DNA from: Deltaproteobacteria bacterium | GTDB lineage: Bacteria; Myxococcota_A; UBA9160; PR03 | Reading direction: 5' to 3' | Length of the DNA stretch: 64,000 bases | Assembly: GCA_031362725.1 (NCBI GenBank) | Contig: JANLTC010000233.1 | Location: 12,308-76,307 of the forward strand | In this document: in pieces, positions 9,556-16,573 of the stretch | Numbering within the stretch: position 1 is the first letter of the stretch | Layout of the letters: each line of letters opens with the position of its first letter | Notes under the pieces: model-generated | What the model was told of the DNA's origin: nothing | The model's input: the letters and a program-made list of their open reading frames with translations, nothing else | The model's database searches: none | Position numbers and translations under genes: made by a program

Positions 9556-11827
9556 TGCCGCGCTCGCGGCGCGCGACACCGCAATCCCCGCGCTCGGCGC
9601 GCTGCTCGATCCGGGCGCGTTCGCGGAGCTGCTGCGCTCGCTCGCGCCGGAAGCACAGATCGTGGCCGTGCACGGCCGCTACGTCCGCTACAAGCCGGGT
9701 GCTCGATGCGTTGCGGCGTATCGCGTCGAACTCCCAGGCGGCGAGGTACTCGCACACGGCATCGCCCATGGCCCCGGGGCGGAGGAGAAACTCGCGAAGC
9801 TGCGGACGCGCCGCACGGCACCGAGCGCGCTCGGCGACGGCCGCTTCTTCCGCGGCGATCTCGGGCTCGCAATCGAGCCCTTCCCGAACGATGCGCGACT
9901 GCGCCCGCTCGCACGGCTCGCCAATCCGGCGTTCCGCGATCGGCTGATGGCACGGCTGCGCGTGGTCGCAAAGGGCCGTCCGCTCGCCGCGCTCGAGACG
10001 CTCGCCTACAAGCCCGAGCGTCGCTTAGTAGCGCGAGCGACGGCCGCGGACGGCGCCCGCGCGGTCGTAAAGATCCACACGCCTGCCGGTTTCCACGCGA
10101 CCGAAGCGGGACGCGGGTACCAGAGCTGCGATGCGCTCCGGCTCGCGCGCTGCTTGCGCAGCTCGCCGCGTCACGCCGCGGTGGCGTACGAGTGGATGGA
10201 GGGCGACGCGCTCGAACCACTCGCCGCCGGCGGGAGCGGAGTTCTCGAAGCCACGGGAGCCGCGCTAGCGGAGCTGCACGCCCAGACACTGCCACCGCTC
10301 GAGCGGCCGCTCACGCGCGAGGCGTTCGCGTCCGCGCGGCTCGCCACGGTGTTGGTGCCAGCGCTCGCCGCGCGTGCGCACGGTCTCGCGACCGAGATCG
10401 CCGCGCGGATCGCCGCGCGGGTCCACCTGCCACGCGCGCTCCACGGCGACTTCCACGCCGGCCAGGTGTTGATCGCGCGCGACACCACGGTGCTGCTCGA
10501 TCTCGACAGCGCCTGCGCGGGACCCGCCGCGCAGGACGTCGCCGTGTTCGCGGCGCATCTCGAGCTCGTCGCCGCGCGGAGCGGCGACGGCGCGCAGCGT
10601 GTGGCCGACGCGGTCACGCGACTGCTCGACGGCTACGCGCGCGTGGCGACGGCGCCCGGCTTCGACGACGTCGCGCTGCACACCGCAGCCGCACTCGTCT
10701 CGATCGCGCCGCAGCCTTTTCGGACGCGCGAGCCGGAGTGGCCCGCGCTACTCGAGGCGCTGCTCGATCGCGCGGCCGCTTGGCTCGCGCTTGCCGGTGG
10801 ACACAGCGCTCGAGCCGCGCGCGAGCCCGCGGCGAGCGTGCTCGACGCTGCGATGCCGTTCCTCACCGCGGCGCTCGATCCGCAGCGCGTCGGCGTGCCG
10901 CTCGTTCGCGCGCTTGGCGACGCGACGCTGCGTATCGATTCCGCGCGGCTGGTGCGCCACAAGCCGGCGCGCCGCGCGCTCGTCGAGTACGCCGTGGGGA
11001 GCGATCGCGACGCGTCGTTCGCCATTCTCGGCAAGCTGCGCGCGCGCGGCCTCGACCAGGCGGCGTTGCGCGTGCAGCAATCGCTCCACGATCGTGGCTT
11101 CGGCGCCGGTTCGCGCGACGATGTTTCGGTTCCGGAGACGCTCGGCGCGCTGCCCGAGCTCTTCCTGTGGCTACAACGCAAGGCGCCCGGCGTTCCGCTT
11201 CCCGAACTTCTCGGTCGCCCCGGAGACGCGGTCCTGTGTTCACGCGTTGGCTACGCACTCCACAAGCTGCACGCGACGCGGGTCGAGACGACGCGGCGCT
11301 TCGGCGCGGCCGACGAGGTCTCGGCGCTCACGGACCGTTTCCTCCCGCTGGTTGCACGCGCGCATCCGGCGTTTGGACCGCGCGTCGATCGACTCGCGGA
11401 AGCCTGTTGCCGGCTCGCTTCCGAGATTCCGGCCGGGCCCGTCTGCGGCATCCACCGCGACTTCCATCTCGATCAGGTGCTGGTGGACGGCGATCGCCTG
11501 TGGCTACTCGACTTCGATCTCTACTGCGAAGGACATCCTGCGCTCGACGCAGGCAACTTCGTCGCGCATCTCATCGAACTCGCGCTGCGCCGTAGCGGCG
11601 ACCCCGGCGCGCTGGCCCACTGCGAGATCGCCTTCGTGGAGCACTTCCTCGCGCTGTCGGGCGAGGCGCTACGGCCGGCGCTCGACGCCTACACGTCGCT
11701 AGCGCTGGTGCGACACATCGCGCTCTCGACACAGTATCCGGAGCGACGCGGGACGACGGGTCCGCTGCTCGCGCTCTGCGAAGAGCGGCTGGATCTCGTC
11801 GCGGCAACTCGGAGCGCGGCGCGATGA
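9539..11827 (+). CDS. Fused tandem phosphotransferase (two APH/maltokinase-like kinase modules)
   Basis: Two homologous halves, each with a catalytic-loop-like motif: LHGDFHAGQVLI...LLDLD and IHRDFHLDQVLV...LLDFD. Start set at GTG 9539 (GAGAGG 6 nt upstream), overlapping the ABC gene end by 17 nt. The ORF-track start at 9452 lies inside the ABC gene. Confidence 0.75.
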   Translation: MSARADAALAARDTAIPALGALLDPGAFAELLRSLAPEAQIVAVHGRYVRYKPGARCVAAYRVELPGGEVLAHGIAHGPGAEEKLAKLRTRRTAPSALGDGRFFRGDLGLAIEPFPNDARLRPLARLANPAFRDRLMARLRVVAKGRPLAALETLAYKPERRLVARATAADGARAVVKIHTPAGFHATEAGRGYQSCDALRLARCLRSSPRHAAVAYEWMEGDALEPLAAGGSGVLEATGAALAELHAQTLPPLERPLTREAFASARLATVLVPALAARAHGLATEIAARIAARVHLPRALHGDFHAGQVLIARDTTVLLDLDSACAGPAAQDVAVFAAHLELVAARSGDGAQRVADAVTRLLDGYARVATAPGFDDVALHTAAALVSIAPQPFRTREPEWPALLEALLDRAAAWLALAGGHSARAAREPAASVLDAAMPFLTAALDPQRVGVPLVRALGDATLRIDSARLVRHKPARRALVEYAVGSDRDASFAILGKLRARGLDQAALRVQQSLHDRGFGAGSRDDVSVPETLGALPELFLWLQRKAPGVPLPELLGRPGDAVLCSRVGYALHKLHATRVETTRRFGAADEVSALTDRFLPLVARAHPAFGPRVDRLAEACCRLASEIPAGPVCGIHRDFHLDQVLVDGDRLWLLDFDLYCEGHPALDAGNFVAHLIELALRRSGDPGALAHCEIAFVEHFLALSGEALRPALDAYTSLALVRHIALSTQYPERRGTTGPLLALCEERLDLVAATRSAAR

Positions 11828-13335
11828 CGGCGCGGTCGTCTGCTCTCGTGTTGCTCGCGCTGCTGACGCTCTCGCGCATCGGACTCGCGCAACCCGCCGC
11901 ATCGGGCGCGAAGAGCGCGCTGATGAAAGAGTGGGGCAGCACGCTCCGGCTCGGACGCGAGCTCGGCAAGGACCGCGACGACATGCGTCCCATCGATCAG
12001 TTCGTGCTCCCGCTCTTCGGCCGCCCGCTGATGATCGGCGGTGAGATCGAACTCGAGACGCTGCTGCGCACGGACTTTCGCCTCGACCCGCAGCGCGCCG
12101 ACGACAGCTTGCAAGTCGCCCCGCAGCTGAAGCTCGAGCTCTTCTACCCGCTCACCAAGTGGGCGTTCGTCCTCCTCGAAGGAAAGTTCGGTTACGACAC
12201 CGACGCGTGGACGGAGGACGGCCTCGTTCCCGACAGTGAGTGGAAGATCCAGCGCGGGCAGAGCTGGCTGTACCTCAATGATCTCTGGGAGAGCGGCTTC
12301 TCGCTGCAGGTCGGACGCCAGAACTTCCAGGACGAGCGCGAGTGGTGGTGGGATGTCGACCTCGACGCGGCGCGCGCCTACTACGAGATCGGCGACTTCG
12401 CGTTCCAGGTGGGCGTCGCGCACGAACTCGCGCCCTACCAAGCCAACGACGAGCACATCGACGACGACCTCGGCGACACCACCTTCGTGCTCGGCCAGGC
12501 GACCTGGCATTGGAACGATCGCAACCGGCTCGACCTGTTCCTCGCGCGGCGCGACGACGACTCGCGCAAGGAGAGCGTCGGCGAGCGGATCTCCTCGGAG
12601 CGCGAGGATCCCTTCGACGGCGATCTTCGCTGGGCGGGCCTGCGCGCGATCGGCCGCGTCCGGCCGAAGGCCGCAGGCCGCTCGCTCGGACGCATCGACT
12701 ATTGGCTCGACGGCGCCATCGTCGGCGGCGAGGAGACGCGCGTCCGCTACCGCAGCGTGCGCAACCGCCCCGATCTCTCGCAGGTCCGCGCCCGGACCAC
12801 GCGCGATGTGTACGGCTGGGGCATCGACGCAGGTTTCACGTATGGCCCGCGTGAGCGCTGGCCGCGCGTCACCGTCGGCTACGCGTACGGCTCGGGCGAC
12901 CGCGATCCGGCGGGCGGGACGGACAACTCCTTTCGTCAGACCGGACTCCAGAACAACAACGGCAAGTTCCAGGGTGTGGACAGCTTCAAGTACTACGGCG
13001 AACTGCTGCGGCCCGAGCTCTCGAACCTGCGGATCCTGACCATTGCGCTCGGCATGCCGATCCCGTTCCTCCACAACAGCTCGATCGAAGTGGTCTGGCA
13101 CCGCTACTGGCAGAACGAGCCTTCGACACTTCTGCGGAACACGCGACTCAAGGCGAGTCCAGCCGGCTTCGACAACGACATCGGCCAGGAAGTGGACGTC
13201 GTGGTGGGCATCGAGGAGTGGCAACACTGGGAGGTCGAGGTGATCGGCTCCTGGTTTCGCGCCGGTGATGCGTTCGGACGCCAATCGGGCCGCGACGCAA
13301 CGCAGGCGCTCATCAAGATCAACTACAACTTCTGA
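11824..13335 (+). CDS. Alginate-export (AlgE-like) family outer-membrane beta-barrel
   Basis: Signal peptide LVLLALLTLSRIGLAQP. Alternating beta-strand pattern, a Trp/Tyr-rich segment FQDEREWWWDVDLDAARAYYE, and a C-terminal aromatic end (IKINYNF). ATGA overlap with the kinase gene. Confidence 0.7.
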   Translation: MTARSSALVLLALLTLSRIGLAQPAASGAKSALMKEWGSTLRLGRELGKDRDDMRPIDQFVLPLFGRPLMIGGEIELETLLRTDFRLDPQRADDSLQVAPQLKLELFYPLTKWAFVLLEGKFGYDTDAWTEDGLVPDSEWKIQRGQSWLYLNDLWESGFSLQVGRQNFQDEREWWWDVDLDAARAYYEIGDFAFQVGVAHELAPYQANDEHIDDDLGDTTFVLGQATWHWNDRNRLDLFLARRDDDSRKESVGERISSEREDPFDGDLRWAGLRAIGRVRPKAAGRSLGRIDYWLDGAIVGGEETRVRYRSVRNRPDLSQVRARTTRDVYGWGIDAGFTYGPRERWPRVTVGYAYGSGDRDPAGGTDNSFRQTGLQNNNGKFQGVDSFKYYGELLRPELSNLRILTIALGMPIPFLHNSSIEVVWHRYWQNEPSTLLRNTRLKASPAGFDNDIGQEVDVVVGIEEWQHWEVEVIGSWFRAGDAFGRQSGRDATQALIKINYNF

Positions 13336-13344
13336 GGTAGAGGC

Positions 13345-13857
13345 ATGAAGACTGCATTGCTGCTGCTGACATTGTTCTTCGCCGCCGCACCGGCCGGCGC
13401 GGCCGAGCCGCTCGCCGTCCAACCGGGCGAGCGCATCAAGGCAAAGGGCGAATGGATCGGTGACCACGCGCTGCGCGCGACGAGCGCGCGACGCAAGGAT
13501 GCGGCCGACCACGACTTCGAGATCGCGGCCGCCGTTGAAGAGCGGAACGGCGAGAGCGGCGCATTCCGTCTGGCGGGCGTGTGGATCGACGCGGAGCAGG
13601 GCGATCTCGACCGCCGCAGCCGCCAGATCGCGCGCCGGCTCGATCCGGGCGACTGGGTAAAGGTCGAGGGGCACTTCGAGCCGGACGGGCGCCTCGCGCC
13701 GACCGCCCTCGAGCGCCTCGACGGCGAGGACGCGGTGGCGGCGGTCGAGGGCGCCGTCGAGGCGGTCGAGCCCGGCGCCGACGGCACGCGTGTCCTGAAG
13801 ATCGGACCGATTTCCGTGTCGCTCGGCGCGGGCGTGGTCGCGGAGGCGACGCGATGA
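13345..13857 (+). CDS. Small secreted protein (DUF5666-like OB-type domains)
   Basis: Signal peptide MKTALLLLTLFFAAAPAGAA. Segments such as GDWVKVEGHFEPDGRLAPTALERL are typical of small periplasmic proteins often found next to alginate-export porins (recalled, not searched). Confidence 0.6.
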   Translation: MKTALLLLTLFFAAAPAGAAEPLAVQPGERIKAKGEWIGDHALRATSARRKDAADHDFEIAAAVEERNGESGAFRLAGVWIDAEQGDLDRRSRQIARRLDPGDWVKVEGHFEPDGRLAPTALERLDGEDAVAAVEGAVEAVEPGADGTRVLKIGPISVSLGAGVVAEATR

Positions 13858-14990
13858 GCCGCGCACACGGCGCCGTCGCCGGACTCTTCTTCGCCATCGC
13901 ATGCGCGGCGCCGTGCGTCGTCGGCGCCTTCACGGTGGTCCAGGCGATGGATGCGACCGGCGACGGCGCACACCCGCTCACCAGCCCGAGTGGAGTCGCC
14001 ATCGATCGCGCTGGTATCGCGTACGTCGCGGGCCGCACCAGCAACAACGTCTTCCGCGTGACGCAGGCCGGCGTCGCAACACAGGTGCTCGACGCGAGCG
14101 GGGATGGCGTGAACGCGATGCTCGCGCCCGAAGAGCTGGCGATCGGTCCCGACGACAGCCTCTACGTCACGGCCAGCGCGTCGAACGCACTCTTCCGGCG
14201 CACCAGTGCGGGCGTGACGACGCGTCTGCTGGGCCCTACCGGTGACGGCATTCACCCGCTCACCGAGCCGCGCGGCGTCGCAGTCGCACCGGACCGCATC
14301 GTCTATGTCGGCGGCCAGCTCTCGAACAACGTCTTCGCCGTCCCGCCCGACAGCGCGCCGTTCCAGATCCTCGACGCGACCGGCGACGGTACCGCCCCCC
14401 TCGACCTCCCACGCGGCATCGCGGTCGCTACGGATCTCGACGTGTGGATCACCGGTCGCACCAGCGACAACGTGTTCAAGGTGAAACGCAACGGTGCGCG
14501 GAGCAAGGAGGTAGACAAGAACGGCGATGGCGTGCATCTGCTCAACTCACCGCGTGCGATCGTCGCGGACGGCGCGGGCGGCGTCTTCCTCGCCGGCAAC
14601 TCCTCCAACAATGTGTTTCACGTGACCGCAATCGGCGTCGTGACGCAGGTACTCGACGCGAGCGGCGACGGCGTGCATGGGCTCAGCGCGCCGAACGCAC
14701 TTGCGCTCGATGCCGGCGGCTCGCTCTACGTGACCGGCTCGCTCAGCAACAACGCGTTCCGGCGGACGCCCGAGGGCGTCGTGACGCAGATCATCGATGC
14801 CAGCGGCGACGGCGTCCATCTGCTCGCGGAGCCGAGCGGCATCGCAATCGACCGCCTCGGCAACGCGTGGGTGCTGGGCCGCGCGAGCAACAACGCGTTC
14901 AAGGTGCTCGCCGTGCCGGAGCCCAGCGCGCTCACCGCCGCCGCGGTGTCACTCGCCGCACTCGCCCGGCTCGCGCGGTGCAGGCGCTAA
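13854..14990 (+). CDS. Seven-bladed NHL/beta-propeller-like repeat protein with PEP-CTERM anchor
   Basis: Seven ~47-aa repeats of the form DA(S/T)GDGxHxLxxPxGIAxDxxGxxYVxGxxSNNVFRV. C-terminal VPEPSALTAAAVSLAALARLARCRR. The ATG at 13854 overlaps the upstream TGA. Confidence 0.8.
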   Translation: MSRAHGAVAGLFFAIACAAPCVVGAFTVVQAMDATGDGAHPLTSPSGVAIDRAGIAYVAGRTSNNVFRVTQAGVATQVLDASGDGVNAMLAPEELAIGPDDSLYVTASASNALFRRTSAGVTTRLLGPTGDGIHPLTEPRGVAVAPDRIVYVGGQLSNNVFAVPPDSAPFQILDATGDGTAPLDLPRGIAVATDLDVWITGRTSDNVFKVKRNGARSKEVDKNGDGVHLLNSPRAIVADGAGGVFLAGNSSNNVFHVTAIGVVTQVLDASGDGVHGLSAPNALALDAGGSLYVTGSLSNNAFRRTPEGVVTQIIDASGDGVHLLAEPSGIAIDRLGNAWVLGRASNNAFKVLAVPEPSALTAAAVSLAALARLARCRR

Positions 14991-14991
14991 C

Positions 14992-15065
14992 TAGCGCGCG
15001 GCCGTCCGGCCGTGGTGCGGAACAATGCGTTAGCGGCCGTCCGGCCGTGGCGCGGAACAATGCGC
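14992..15065. repeat. Tandem direct duplication (39 + 35 nt) between convergent genes
   Basis: tagcgcgcggccgtccggccgtggtgcggaacaatgcgt is followed by tagcggccgtccggccgtggcgcggaacaatgcgc. Each unit carries a GGCC-GTCC-GGCC mini-hairpin. Confidence 0.8.
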
Positions 15066-16303
15066 TAGCCCGCGATCGCCTCGGCTCTCGCCAGCGTCGC
15101 CGTGATGCCGGCGTCCCAGTCCGGCTCTCGGCTGCGGAAGTGCTGGGGCGCGAGGCGCAGGAGACCGGCGGCGGTGTAGAGCGCGAGCCGTTCCGCCGTC
15201 GGTGGCGCTGCGATCGCGGCGTAGCCGTCGAGCAGCGCAGCGAGCGCGGGTGCAGCGAGCGCCGCAGGGAGCAGACCGCGCTGCGGATCGCGCTCGAGGT
15301 GCGCCGCGAAGTAGCCGAGATCCGCTGCCGGATCTCCGCACGCGGCTTGGTCGAGATCGAGCAGCACGGCGTATTCCGCCTCGACGAGCACCTGTTTGGC
15401 GTAGAAGTCACCGTGGATCGGCCGCTCGCCGCGCGGCTCTCGGAGGAGCCGCCCACTAAGGCCTTCGGCCAGGCGCCGTGCGCGCAGGCCGATCGCGGGA
15501 ACCAGCGCCGCCACCGCATCCGCCGCGGCTTCGAGCGCCGCGCCCTCTGCTGCGCGCGAACGAAGTGGCAACGCGGCAGGATCTTGCGCATGCAGCGCTG
15601 CCAGCGCCGCGCCGGTGAGTTCCGCGTCGCGCAGCGCGCTCGAGGCATCCGCCAGCGAGTCGCGCAGCGATCGCCCCATCGCCCACGCGAACGCAAGCGC
15701 GGCATGACGCTCCGATGCGCCGATCGGCTGGGCGAGTCGCAGCGCGCCGCGCGGACGGAGCGCCGCGGCAGACGCGCCGGCGCGCGCGAAGTCGCGACCG
15801 GCATGGAGCTTGAGCGCTGCGCGTGATCCGTCGGCCCCCTCCAGCATCGCAACCCAGCGCCGTTCGGGTTTGTAGGAGAGCGTCGTGACGGTTGCCCCGT
15901 GTAGCGCGGGGAGTTGCGGAAGGAGCCGGCGAAGCAGCCGCGACTGCGCGGTGTGGCCGTCGAAGCGGGCCAACGCGGGAAGCTTGCGGTCGTGCGGGAA
16001 GAACGAGACGGCGACGGCGTGCTCCGGCAGGATCGCGCCGGCGCCGGCGAGCGCGGCGAGCCGCTCGGGACGGCAGGCAGTCGCGTGCACGTCGATGCTG
16101 CGGTCTCCGATTCGTAGGCGGTAGAGCACGAGGCAGCGCTCGCCCGACGCGAAGCGCGCAAGAACGGGGCGCGCTTCGCGCGGTTCCGCGTCTGGTACCA
16201 GCGTTCGCAGCGCAGCGACGAACGCGTCCGGGTCGAGAATCGTTGCGAGGCCCGGGAGCCATCGCTCGCGCCGAACCAACACTTCATCGGGAGGCACGAG
16301 CAA
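15065..16303 (-). CDS. APH/maltokinase-like phosphotransferase (single module, paralogue of 9539-11827)
   Basis: IHGDFYAKQVLVEAEYAVLLDLD motif. The N-terminus LPGLATILDPDAFVAALRTL parallels both modules of the fused kinase. Start set at TTG 16303 (AGGAGGA 8 nt upstream); GTG 16297 is an alternative. Confidence 0.7.
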   Translation of the reverse strand: MLVPPDEVLVRRERWLPGLATILDPDAFVAALRTLVPDAEPREARPVLARFASGERCLVLYRLRIGDRSIDVHATACRPERLAALAGAGAILPEHAVAVSFFPHDRKLPALARFDGHTAQSRLLRRLLPQLPALHGATVTTLSYKPERRWVAMLEGADGSRAALKLHAGRDFARAGASAAALRPRGALRLAQPIGASERHAALAFAWAMGRSLRDSLADASSALRDAELTGAALAALHAQDPAALPLRSRAAEGAALEAAADAVAALVPAIGLRARRLAEGLSGRLLREPRGERPIHGDFYAKQVLVEAEYAVLLDLDQAACGDPAADLGYFAAHLERDPQRGLLPAALAAPALAALLDGYAAIAAPPTAERLALYTAAGLLRLAPQHFRSREPDWDAGITATLARAEAIAG

Positions 16304-16573
16304 CGGTTCGTTCCTCCTGCACGGCCGGGTGCCGTGGGCCTTCGCAATCCGCGTTCCAGTCTGCGCGCGGCGGAGCCCACGCGAACGATCGCCGAGTGCG
16401 CGAGTTGCCCCGGTCGCGCGCCGGATGCCCCACCGGGATTGCGCGCTTTCGCGCGCGCTCCGCGCAAGCCGCGGCGTGGAGCGCGCGCAGCAAGGCACGC
16501 TTGTTGCTCAACGGGCGCACGCCAGCGCGGTCTCGCACGCGAGCGAGACGGCGCAATCGGGCAGGAGGAATCG

